16,280 nucleotides of DNA, taken from NCBI GenBank assembly GCA_039680575.1, contig JBDKSP010000005.1:1-16280 (forward strand), in the 5' to 3' direction. The notes beneath the pieces are model-generated. The model made no database searches. It had not been told where the DNA came from and saw only the letters and a program-made list of their open reading frames with translations. Below, in pieces: positions 8,242-16,276 of this stretch; the stretch's first letter is position 1; each line of letters begins with the position of its first letter. The position numbers were made by a program, and so were the translations under genes. The stretch comes from Armatimonadota bacterium. GTDB taxonomy: Bacteria > Armatimonadota > UBA5829 > DTLH01.

Positions 8242-8266
8242 CTATAGATTTTCGCCTGAAACTCTA
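8242..8266 (-). repeat. Double-hairpin repeat element, minimal ends-only copy
   Basis: The minus strand reads TAGAGTTTCAGG+CGAAAATCTATAG, an exact fusion of 2519-2530 and 2667-2679. Confidence 0.75.
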
Positions 8267-8362
8267 TAAATGATAAGCACCCTCAAGCTAATCGATGAAC
8301 ACTTACAAAGTAATGTTGCCCGTGGAACCAATGGCATAAACGAAAGGCCGGCTACTAAAGGC

Positions 8363-8388
8363 GGTCCGGGATTGCAAAATCCCGGACC
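8363..8388. repeat. Perfect 11-bp hairpin downstream of the alpha-mannosidase gene (REP-like or terminator)
   Basis: GGTCCGGGATT-gcaa-AATCCCGGACC, with no strong U-tract. Confidence 0.6.
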
Positions 8389-8405
8389 ATCATTGGCACT
8401 ACGCC

Positions 8406-11400
8406 TTACTCTGTCTCTACAGCGAGAGTAATTACTTCAAACGGCTGGAACGAGAGCGGGATAACACTACCCTCGTTCTTGACCTTTTCAGGCGACTCTT
8501 CCAGCAGGTTGACCTTCGAGACGGACCTGACCGGGAAGCCAATAGTGACCTTCGCCGAGCCGGACGCCCCATGCGCCTCGTAAAGTCTCACGATCACGGC
8601 ATCGCTGTCTTCAGCCTTCTTTATGGCTTCAACTACGATGTGCGGCGAGTCTACGCTGCAGAAGGAGGCTGTCTCGGGAAGCGTTCCCGGATGAGAATCG
8701 ACTGATTTCACTCTCATCGGCACGTTCAGCCCATATGCCTCTTTCACAACACTGCCCTCCACGTGGTCGCCCGTGTGCGGGAAGAGCGAGTAAGTGAACT
8801 CGTGCTGTCCTTTGTCCGTCACAGGATCGGGATACGTGGCGCTTCTCAGGAGGTTTATGTCTATTGTGTTCCCGAGCGTCTTGTATCCGTACTTGCCGGT
8901 GTTCAAGACAGCCACGCCATAGCCTCTGTCCGAGATGTCCACCCATTTCTGAGCGCAGATCTCGACCTTGGCCTGGTCCCATGAGGTATTTCGATGAGTC
9001 GGCCGCTCGATATTGCCGAACTGGACCTCGCATGTGGCATAATCGCTCTTGACCGCAACCGGGAACGATGTGCGCAGCATCTTGTGCGTCTCGCACCAGT
9101 CGACATTGGTCGCAAAGTCTATGCGGCGGCTACCTGCGACAAGGCTGATCTCCTGAGTGAATGTGGAGTCGTTGAATTTGTAGACCTGCTCCACAGTCGC
9201 CTTCGGCCCATCAACCGCAGCCTTTACTGACTCCAGCTTGAAGTATACAGGAGCCTTCTTATCGTAGTCCAGCGGGAAGTCCCAACCGTCGCCGTTATCC
9301 TCATAAACAGCGAGCTTGTTGGCGGTCTCACCGGCAGCGATTACTTCGCGCTGAAGTTCTTTGTCCCAAACAGATGAGATAGACCCGTCAGCATTGAACT
9401 TGACGCATAGTTTGTCGTTTTCGAGCTTCTCCGGCGTCGCCGTTACCGGCTTATACTCGGTATCCAGCTTCGCGGCATCTACTGTCGTGTAACCAAACGA
9501 TGGGACATGCACATAAGCCCACTTCTTGTCGACTTGGACAAACCCGTCTCTCTCCCAGGAGAGCGCGTTCAAGACGACCGCAGGCTGCTTCATGGCCGAA
9601 GTATCGATCTTCGCCAAGAGCAACTCTCCAGCGCTCTTAGTGAGAGATTCCGTCTGCTTGAACATCTCTGCATATCGGGCTCTCGACTCTTCATAGACGC
9701 GAGTAATCGACGAACCCGGCAGGATGTCGTGGAACTGGTAAAGAAGCGTCTCTTTCCAGAGTTTTTCCAGATCGGAAGCCGGATACTTGGCATCGGCTGA
9801 CTGATGCGCCCAGGTATTCAGCCACTCACAGTCGCGGAGAGCGAGCTCCATCTTTCTGTTCCAGCGCTTGTTGCGCCCTTGAGATGTGTATGTCCCCTGG
9901 TGTTTCTCGAGATAGAGCTCACCGGACCACACCGGGTAGCTTGCCGTTTTCGGAGCGATCTTCTCAAAGAAATCGGCGGAAAACTCCTGTTTGAGAGGCG
10001 GAAGCCCCGCAAGGTTCTTTTCACGTGCCAGGCGTTCGAGATGTTCCTCACCCGGTCCACCGCCGCCGTCACCGATGCCGAAGAGCATCAGACACGCATC
10101 CGACGTCCCCTTATCCGAGAAGTTCTTTTCTGACTTCATAAGCGATCTCGGAGCTGCAGGGCTGTTATAAGTCTCTTCCGGGATCATGTGAGCGAGGACT
10201 TCGCTTCCGTCGATCCCTCTCCATCGGAAAGTGTGATGCGGATGCCGGTTGACCACGTTCCACGAGAGTTTCTGAGTCATGAAGTAGTCCACATCGACCT
10301 GCTTGAGGAGCTGCGGAAGCGCGCCGCTGTAGCCAAAGACATCCGGCAGCCAAAGGCTCTTTACGTCTATTCCGAACTCCTCGCGGAAGAACCGCTTGCC
10401 ATATAGAAGCTGCCGCACGAGCGATTCACCGCTCGGCACGTTCGTATCAGCCTCAACCCACATGGCTCCCTGGACTTCCCAGCGGCCTTCGGCTACCTTA
10501 GCCTTTATTTTTTCATAAACTGAGGGATAATTGTCCTTCATCCACTGGTAAAGCTGCGGCTGGCTCGCACCGAACACATAGTCCGGGTAGCGGTCCATAA
10601 AGGAAAGTGCAGTGGAAAAAGTCCGAGCGCCTTTTCGGATAGTCTCACGTATCGGCCACAGCCAGGCCAGGTCTATATGAGCATGGCCTATTGCGCTTAT
10701 GGTAAGGGAGCTGTCGCCGCCTTTTTTCGCAAGTTCAGGAGCTAATATGGCGCGGGCTTCCTTCGCTTCGTCTTCCGTATAGTCCCGCAAAATGCGCGAG
10801 GCATCATAGAGAGCTGTCCTGATCGAGCAAGCCCGTGCGGAGTCTTGAGGAAGCTGCCCGAGAAGCTCATTCAGGACCTCTACATCATAACGAAGTTGAT
10901 TGAGCGTCGGATACAGGATCGCAATCTGAGCTTCCTTCAGCGTCCCGTTCTCATGCATCTCACCCAAAAGATCGTTGCATCCGGCATCAGCCCAGATGGA
11001 GACATTCTCGCCTCCATTTGCGGAGGCTGCAAGCGGAAAGACCCGTTTTCCGGGTTTTCCGAGAGATGTATCGAATACGGAGTTGACATTGGTCAGCCCC
11101 TGGACCGGGTTCCCAACGGAGTCGACCACGCAGGCTTCTCCGTTAACATCGATCAACAAAACAACCTGCTGACCGGCGCATTCTTTCGGCACGGTCCCTG
11201 TGAAATGGAACCATGCGCAGTCGAACAGGTCACCCCACTTGTCGCCGGGTTTGAGTGATAAATACCGGCCACTCTGCCGGTCTGCATAGGACACCGGCTC
11301 CTTGGTAGCCCATGCCTCAACAGTTAAATCCGTCACAGGTTTGTATACCGCAGCTTCTACCGCGCGTATCATCCCTCTGATGGCCTGCTGTTGAGATCTG

Positions 11401-11414
11401 ATATCATACGGCAT
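8406..11414 (-). CDS. Alpha-mannosidase, glycoside hydrolase family 38
   Basis: IGHAHIDLAWLWP, WVEADTN.PSGESL.RQ, LWLPDVFGYS, FGIGDGGGGP, GELYLEKHQGTYTSQ and QFHDILPGSSI motifs. ATG 11414 is better spaced from AGGAG than the track's TTG 11423. Confidence 0.96.
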   Translation of the reverse strand: MPYDIRSQQQAIRGMIRAVEAAVYKPVTDLTVEAWATKEPVSYADRQSGRYLSLKPGDKWGDLFDCAWFHFTGTVPKECAGQQVVLLIDVNGEACVVDSVGNPVQGLTNVNSVFDTSLGKPGKRVFPLAASANGGENVSIWADAGCNDLLGEMHENGTLKEAQIAILYPTLNQLRYDVEVLNELLGQLPQDSARACSIRTALYDASRILRDYTEDEAKEARAILAPELAKKGGDSSLTISAIGHAHIDLAWLWPIRETIRKGARTFSTALSFMDRYPDYVFGASQPQLYQWMKDNYPSVYEKIKAKVAEGRWEVQGAMWVEADTNVPSGESLVRQLLYGKRFFREEFGIDVKSLWLPDVFGYSGALPQLLKQVDVDYFMTQKLSWNVVNRHPHHTFRWRGIDGSEVLAHMIPEETYNSPAAPRSLMKSEKNFSDKGTSDACLMLFGIGDGGGGPGEEHLERLAREKNLAGLPPLKQEFSADFFEKIAPKTASYPVWSGELYLEKHQGTYTSQGRNKRWNRKMELALRDCEWLNTWAHQSADAKYPASDLEKLWKETLLYQFHDILPGSSITRVYEESRARYAEMFKQTESLTKSAGELLLAKIDTSAMKQPAVVLNALSWERDGFVQVDKKWAYVHVPSFGYTTVDAAKLDTEYKPVTATPEKLENDKLCVKFNADGSISSVWDKELQREVIAAGETANKLAVYEDNGDGWDFPLDYDKKAPVYFKLESVKAAVDGPKATVEQVYKFNDSTFTQEISLVAGSRRIDFATNVDWCETHKMLRTSFPVAVKSDYATCEVQFGNIERPTHRNTSWDQAKVEICAQKWVDISDRGYGVAVLNTGKYGYKTLGNTIDINLLRSATYPDPVTDKGQHEFTYSLFPHTGDHVEGSVVKEAYGLNVPMRVKSVDSHPGTLPETASFCSVDSPHIVVEAIKKAEDSDAVIVRLYEAHGASGSAKVTIGFPVRSVSKVNLLEESPEKVKNEGSVIPLSFQPFEVITLAVETE

Positions 11415-11590
11415 TACTAACAAATCTCCTTTTCGGCAGTTTCCTCTTTATATAATCCTGACTCATATTAACATACAGCCGGAAAGTAGTCGAGCTACCG
11501 AAAACGAAAAACACGAAAGAGAAAAAGGGAGAAAAGGGCTGAGGTATGAGTAATGGAGAATGAGTAGAGGCAGAAGCGACAGCTTTCGAC

Positions 11591-11619
11591 CCTGAAACTC
11601 CTTAGTGCAGCGTGACGTG
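11591..11619 (-). repeat. Double-hairpin repeat element, truncated left-end copy with REP arm
   Basis: The minus strand reads CACGTCACGCTGCACTAAGGAGTTTCAGG, 27/29 identical to 16147-16175. Confidence 0.8.
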
Positions 11620-11713
11620 GTTGTCCAACGTGACCTTGATGGCCCAGGGGATCCATGCCCTGGGCCTATTTTCCGGGGCATCCATGCCCTCTGCTTCTCG
11701 GATCGAAATATTA

Positions 11714-11811
11714 CCCCTTCTCCCCTTGCGGGAGAGAAGGTTGGGATGAGGGGTATGTTGCAAGTCGGCAGAATCACCCTCACCCTAGCCTTCTCTCGTC
11801 AAGGGAGAGGG
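11714..11811. repeat. REP-like inverted pair, CCCTTCTCCC..GGGAGAG family
   Basis: CCCCTTCTCCCCTTGCGGGAGAGAAGGTTGGGATGAGGGG is followed by the inverted unit CCCTCACCCTAGCCTTCTCTCGTCAAGGGAGAGGG. Confidence 0.8.
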
Positions 11812-11837
11812 TATGAAGGACCAGCCACTACAGAGAT

Positions 11838-11885
11838 TGGTGGATGCCGATAGAAAAGCGGAAGCTGTCGCTTCCGCACTCCAAA
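11838..11885 (-). repeat. REP-like palindrome, TTGGAGTGCGG family, copy 2 (inverted)
   Basis: Reverse complement of 6555-6602 with 2 mismatches. Confidence 0.85.
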
Positions 11886-11990
11886 GAGATTGGCAAAGAT
11901 TCGCAGCATAAGAGTAGATGCTGTAAATCTCTACCTTCCGCGTTTCCCATTATTCCGCGTTTCCGCGGTTCAAAAGCTGACCGCTGACGG

Positions 11991-12596
11991 CTATTCCTGC
12001 ATCTCTGCTATGGCTGCCATGACTTGCTCCCCGATCTGTTCTATCGCTTCGCGGTCCATCCCACGGTCGTAGAGGTCATCGAACATCATCGGTTTGCCGT
12101 AATGTATTTCGACCCTGGCGAAGTGGATGAACGGCGAATGGCGCGGGAGCAGTTTGTCCGTTCCGATGAGCGCTACAGGCACTACAGGGGCTTTCGATTT
12201 GAGAGCGATCATCCCGAGTCCGGCCTGTGCCTTCATCAGCTTCCCGTCCAAGCTTCTGGCGCCTTCAGGAAATATACAGACGACTTTTCCTTTACTCAGA
12301 AACTCAAGTGCTTTCTTGATTGCTGTCCGGTCCGCCGTGTTTTGCTTCACAGGAAAGGTGCCGACGCCTCTAATCAAAGCTCCGAGTATCGGAATCTTGA
12401 AAAGCTCGCTCTTCGCCATATAATGGACCTGCCGGAATATCCCGCAGCCAGCCGCAGGCGGGTCTGCGTAGCTGACATGGTTCGGCGCGAGGATTACCGG
12501 GCCTTCCATTGGTACATTTTCCTGGCCGGACACTTTCCATCTTCCGAATGTAATTAAAATGAATCGAAACAGGCTCCAGCCTATCCAATATAGCAT
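11991..12596 (-). CDS. plsC: 1-acyl-sn-glycerol-3-phosphate acyltransferase
   Basis: NHVSYAD (HX4D), MAKSELF, IFPEGARS and VVPVAL motifs. TGATG overlap with cmk. Confidence 0.93.
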   Translation of the reverse strand: MLYWIGWSLFRFILITFGRWKVSGQENVPMEGPVILAPNHVSYADPPAAGCGIFRQVHYMAKSELFKIPILGALIRGVGTFPVKQNTADRTAIKKALEFLSKGKVVCIFPEGARSLDGKLMKAQAGLGMIALKSKAPVVPVALIGTDKLLPRHSPFIHFARVEIHYGKPMMFDDLYDRGMDREAIEQIGEQVMAAIAEMQE

Positions 12597-13267
12597 CAGT
12601 TTGTCCTTCTATTATGAAGCTCAATTACAGCGTTTACGACTTTTTCTATGCTCATGCCGTCCGTCATGATGAGTTTGGCGTCATCTGCCTGCTTGAGCGG
12701 GGCCATTGCGCGGGAGCTGTCCCGCTCGTCCCGCTCTTTTATGTCGGCGGCTACTCTGGCTATGTCGGCACTGACCCCTATAGCCGCAAGGTCTTTCTTT
12801 CTTCTTCTCGCGCGCTCTTCGGGGGACGCCGTTATGAATGCTTTGACCTCGGCATTGGGAAATACATAGGTCCCGATGTCCCGGCCTTCCATTACAACGC
12901 CGCCTTTTGCTCCCATTTTACGCTGGATATCCACCAGCCTGTGCCTTACGCCTGGGATAGCCGAAACGGGGCTCGAAAGTTTCGTCGCCTCAGGGGTTCG
13001 GATTGCTTCGGTGATATCATCTCCGTCAGCATATACACGCTGCTTACCGTCGACCGTTTTGAATCTGATATCGAGCTTGTTTGCGAGCTCGACGATTCTT
13101 TCGGGCTCATCAACAGGAATACCGGCTTCTATGGACTTTACCGCTATGGCTCTGTACATCGCACCGGTGTCTATATAAGTGTAGCCAAGCCTTTCAGCTA
13201 CTATCTTCGCGACCGTGCTCTTTCCCGAACCGGCCGGTCCGTCTATCGCTATGATGGGTTTATGCAT
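12596..13267 (-). CDS. cmk: Cytidylate kinase
   Basis: IAIDGPAGSGKST, IDTGAMYRA, VMEGRDIGTYVFP and RDERDSSR.MAPL motifs. The start is placed at ATG 13267 (MHKPIIAID). Confidence 0.97.
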   Translation of the reverse strand: MHKPIIAIDGPAGSGKSTVAKIVAERLGYTYIDTGAMYRAIAVKSIEAGIPVDEPERIVELANKLDIRFKTVDGKQRVYADGDDITEAIRTPEATKLSSPVSAIPGVRHRLVDIQRKMGAKGGVVMEGRDIGTYVFPNAEVKAFITASPEERARRRKKDLAAIGVSADIARVAADIKERDERDSSRAMAPLKQADDAKLIMTDGMSIEKVVNAVIELHNRRTN

Positions 13268-13273
13268 AAAGAC

Positions 13274-13279
13274 ATTATA
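13274..13279 (-). promoter_or_regulatory. -10 box (TATAAT) for a probable leaderless cmk-plsC transcript
   Basis: The minus strand reads TATAAT-gtcttt-ATG. No SD motif and no clear -35. Confidence 0.55.
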
Positions 13280-13531
13280 CACGAGGGGCGGGAAACAGGA
13301 AACAACAGGGCTTATTCACTAAGCGCCTGCGCGTTTGCGATGAGGCGATCAGGCGTAAAGATAAGCAAAGAGTTTTTGGGCGAAACGATGTTTATTACTC
13401 ATTACATCAGTTGCCAAAACTCTGTAAAAGCGGCGTTTTGCAGCCCGTCAGTTTAGGGAATAATATAGTAAACGGCTCATCGAGAGTCGGCCATGTGATA
13501 CTCTATCAAACCAACAGTGCGGGGTAACGCC

Positions 13532-13690
13532 ATGATCACAATAATGCTGAGCATCGTTGGGTTTCTGACTATACTTACGCTAGTCTCCGTCTACAGTGCG
13601 CTTGTGTTGGCGCACAGGACGGACAATCTTATCAACCATATGCAGGAAGATAACTCGGGCGCAAACTGGGAGGCGTTCGGGCGGATCTGA
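13532..13690 (+). CDS. Small membrane protein, 52 aa (below the ORF-track cutoff)
   Basis: MITIMLSIVGFLTILTLVSVYSALVLAHRTDNLINHMQEDNSGANWEAFGRI. GGGG SD-like motif upstream, possible extended -10 TGtGATACT near 13494-13502, and a hairpin downstream. It fills an otherwise empty gap. Confidence 0.6.
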   Translation: MITIMLSIVGFLTILTLVSVYSALVLAHRTDNLINHMQEDNSGANWEAFGRI

Positions 13691-13710
13691 TTTATACAGT
13701 AATACAGTTA

Positions 13711-13824
13711 TCGGTTGGCTAACCTGCGTTATTCACTCTTATTGTGAATAGCACGGGCTAATAATCGACCGAGAGATGGGGCATCCGTGTGATCCCTACC
13801 CCACCTAATGCGGATGCCCCATCT
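13711..13824. repeat. Two adjacent hairpins between convergent genes
   Basis: 13711-13772 is an imperfect long stem (CCTGCGTTATTCAC/GTGAATAGCACGGG, closed by TCGGTTG/CGACCGA). AGATGGGGCATCCG (13774-13787) pairs perfectly with CGGATGCCCCATCT (13811-13824). Confidence 0.7.
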
Positions 13825-15334
13825 GTATGTACGGCACATCCGGTTTTGCATCACCCCGAATAAGACCTATCAGTCCTATTGCCATCGAAAGCCAGGCAAA
13901 CCAGTCTCCGTATTTCGTATAGATGGTTTTGCCGCCGATCATCGACAGCTTACCCCGCACAACGGATTTTTCGCCAAGCCCCGCACTCTTTATGACCTCC
14001 CCGGTCGGGGAGATCAGGCTGGTTATCCCGGTCGCAGCATTCCGAGCGACGTAACGCCGGTTCTCGACCGCTCTGAACACCGAAAAATCGTGGTGCTGGG
14101 CAGCGGCGGCGGTATTACCGAACCAGGAATCATTCGTGATAACGAAAAGCACGTCCGCGCCGTTTTTTGTAAACGTCCGGCCTATCTGTGGGAAGATCGA
14201 TTCGAAGCAAATCATCACGCCGATATTACCATTTTTGGAACGCAGGATGTAATAACCGGTTCCGGGTGAGTAGTCGACATCTCTTATTCTGTAGTTGTTT
14301 ATGAGCGGCAGCCAGTTTCTCCCGGGCACGAACTCACCGAACGGGACTAGGTGCGCTTTATAGTAGTCTCCGATGATCTTCCCCTTGGGATCGATCAGAT
14401 ACGCGCCATTATACTCCCTGTATCCATGGTCCGCGTGCTCATCGAGTTTTACACACTGCCCTCCTGCAAGAATATGAGCGCCGGAATTCCTTGCGAGGAT
14501 CGACATTTCCTTTTGTAGAGATGGAGACAAGAGAAGATAATCCGGAAGAGCCGACTCAGGCCAGACGATGAAGTCCACTCCGCGGCCCAGCTTCTCGGTT
14601 ATCGGCCAGTAGGTCTTGTATATCTTTTCAGACAGACCGGCATCGCGCCAGCGCATTTCGATGCCGCCCTGGACCATTGCAACTGTTTTATCCGGTATTA
14701 TTCTGTGATGTGTGATGGAGATCGAGACGGCTCCGCCTGCTGCCGTAAGAAAGATAACACCAGCCGTAACAACTAACTGAAGTCTGGCTTTTTTGAAGTC
14801 GATAATAGCCAGCGCGATCGCCGTATTCAGCATTACTATCAGAAACGTGACTCCCCACGGTCCCGTAATGCTCGCTGCCTGGATGATCGAAAGCCATCTC
14901 GCCTGTGAATAGGCAAGGTCTCCCCAGGTAAACCCGAACATCCCAAGCGACCGCAGATACTCGACTGCGGTCCAGAGAGCCGGAACTGTCAGGACCGCAA
15001 AACGCCCGCGCCGCATTGAGAGCCCCGCCAATAATGCAAAGACCGTAACAGACACCGCCTCTATGAGTGCGAGAAGCGCCCAGGGCAGGTATCCGAATAG
15101 AGAAATCCAGTAGAGTAATCCTCCGAAAAAGATAAACCCTGTCACAAGCCCCCAAAATAGACTGCTGCGTGGTTTGGTCTTTCTGAGAGCGATCAAAAGC
15201 GGTACGAGCGCAACCCATGCGAGGGGGTATAGCCCTAATCCTGGAAAGGCGAGAAAGAGCATTACTCCCGATAGTATCGAGAGCAGCAAGTTTGAACGGA
15301 ACTGTTTGTGATATAATCTTTTATCTACTTGCAT
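13805..15334 (-). CDS. lnt: Apolipoprotein N-acyltransferase
   Basis: Multiple transmembrane helices. Nitrilase triad contexts IVWPESA (E), YYKAHLVPFGE (K) and MICFESIFP (C), plus ITNDSWFG and RAVEN. The start position is uncertain. Confidence 0.96.
   Translation of the reverse strand: MQVDKRLYHKQFRSNLLLSILSGVMLFLAFPGLGLYPLAWVALVPLLIALRKTKPRSSLFWGLVTGFIFFGGLLYWISLFGYLPWALLALIEAVSVTVFALLAGLSMRRGRFAVLTVPALWTAVEYLRSLGMFGFTWGDLAYSQARWLSIIQAASITGPWGVTFLIVMLNTAIALAIIDFKKARLQLVVTAGVIFLTAAGGAVSISITHHRIIPDKTVAMVQGGIEMRWRDAGLSEKIYKTYWPITEKLGRGVDFIVWPESALPDYLLLSPSLQKEMSILARNSGAHILAGGQCVKLDEHADHGYREYNGAYLIDPKGKIIGDYYKAHLVPFGEFVPGRNWLPLINNYRIRDVDYSPGTGYYILRSKNGNIGVMICFESIFPQIGRTFTKNGADVLFVITNDSWFGNTAAAAQHHDFSVFRAVENRRYVARNAATGITSLISPTGEVIKSAGLGEKSVVRGKLSMIGGKTIYTKYGDWFAWLSMAIGLIGLIRGDAKPDVPYIQMGHPH
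15309..15317 (+). promoter_or_regulatory. Extended -10 promoter (TGaTATAAT) for the lipoprotein gene
   Basis: Consensus TGnTATAAT 35 nt upstream of ATG 15353. Confidence 0.5.
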
Positions 15335-15352
15335 AAAACTTCGGGTGTTGCT

Positions 15353-16039
15353 ATGAACATAAAAAGGTCTGGCCTGGTAATACCAATAATCGCGCTGCTT
15401 CTATTTCTCATCGCAGGCTGTGCCAAGTCTCCGGAAGGCAGCGTGGCGCTCACCGGTACCCGGCTGATCGTCACTATGACAGTCGATGGAGAGATAAACT
15501 CCAACTATCACTATTACGTTGCTTTCGACACAACCGGCACATCTACTCCCGGACCGCTGCCTGTTGTCGCTCCTCCGTGGGGTAATGGATGGGGCACCGG
15601 CAACATCACGCATTACGTAGTCTACGATGCGCTGCAGCCGCAGGGTGGATACGGAGTCTATCGTATTCCCTCCGGTACGGACCTGTTAGGCAGCGTGTAT
15701 GTCGGCCCGCCCATTTCGGTCTCTATCCCGTCGTCCGGATCCAATAAGCTGCAGTTCACAGTCGATCTCTCTCAGTTGGCAAGTACAGAGATACCCGCCG
15801 ATGACATCGATGTAGTCAACATCAATTTTATCACAACGGACAAAATACCGCTCGACCCGAACACGCCTGTACAGAAATACTACGATGGATTAGGGCAAAC
15901 CGGCAACGATTTCATACAAATATCAGTCAGGACCGATCAAACGTATTCGAACTCAACAGCAGAGATAGAGGACAAGGGAGACGTGCCCCTGCCGGACCTG
16001 GACATAACCGACTGGTCGGTAGAAGTCCAGGGACGATAG
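15353..16039 (+). CDS. Hypothetical lipoprotein
   Basis: MNIKRSGLVIPIIALLLFLIAG-C has a basic N-region, a hydrophobic core and a lipobox (IAGC). The mature part is acidic and looks beta-rich. Confidence 0.85.
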   Translation: MNIKRSGLVIPIIALLLFLIAGCAKSPEGSVALTGTRLIVTMTVDGEINSNYHYYVAFDTTGTSTPGPLPVVAPPWGNGWGTGNITHYVVYDALQPQGGYGVYRIPSGTDLLGSVYVGPPISVSIPSSGSNKLQFTVDLSQLASTEIPADDIDVVNINFITTDKIPLDPNTPVQKYYDGLGQTGNDFIQISVRTDQTYSNSTAEIEDKGDVPLPDLDITDWSVEVQGR

Positions 16040-16099
16040 GCAGCTTAAGGTATTCATTAAGAGTTCACTCTTAATAAGAGATCTTACATCAAATTGCAC

Positions 16100-16161
16100 A
16101 ACCAACACGTCACCATAGATAAAAGCACGTCACCCTGAATAACCAACACGTCACCCTGAAC
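16100..16161 (+). repeat. Three 20-21 bp direct repeats of the REP 5' arm
   Basis: AACCAACACGTCACCATAGAT / AAAAGCACGTCACCCTGAAT / AACCAACACGTCACCCTGAAC. Confidence 0.8.
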
Positions 16162-16276
16162 TAAGGAGTTTCAGGTTACACCTGAAACTCTCCCGGAAGA
16201 TTATCGGCTATAGCCGATAATCCATAGATTCAGGGTCCATTTTCTTCCTGGATGCTGAGTCAAGCTCAGCATGACG
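16149..16276. repeat. REP-like element (GTCAyyCTGA..TCAG family) carrying a compact double-hairpin element at 16161-16227
   Basis: CGTCACCCTGAA-[insert]-TTCAGGGTC...GATGCTGAGtcaagCTCAGCATGACG. The insert is CTAAG GAGTTTCAGG ttaca CCTGAAACTC tcccggaa GATTATCGGC tata GCCGATAATC CATAG. Confidence 0.85.

Noticed and set aside
8229..8405. Folate-related (THF/ZTP) riboswitch upstream of folP
   Set aside because: No recognisable consensus, only simple hairpins. An Rfam scan would settle it.
11463..12072. ORFs 11463-11783 (-), 11605-11853 (+) and 11890-12072 (+)
   Set aside because: They are translations of the intergenic repeat mosaic, with no convincing SD or protein-like features.
12614..13456. 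280-aa + strand ORF
   Set aside because: It is antisense to the well-conserved cmk and has no recognisable motifs, so it is a shadow ORF.
16100..16161. Possible mini-CRISPR array
   Set aside because: The period is only 20-21 bp, there are no unique spacers, and there are no cas genes.
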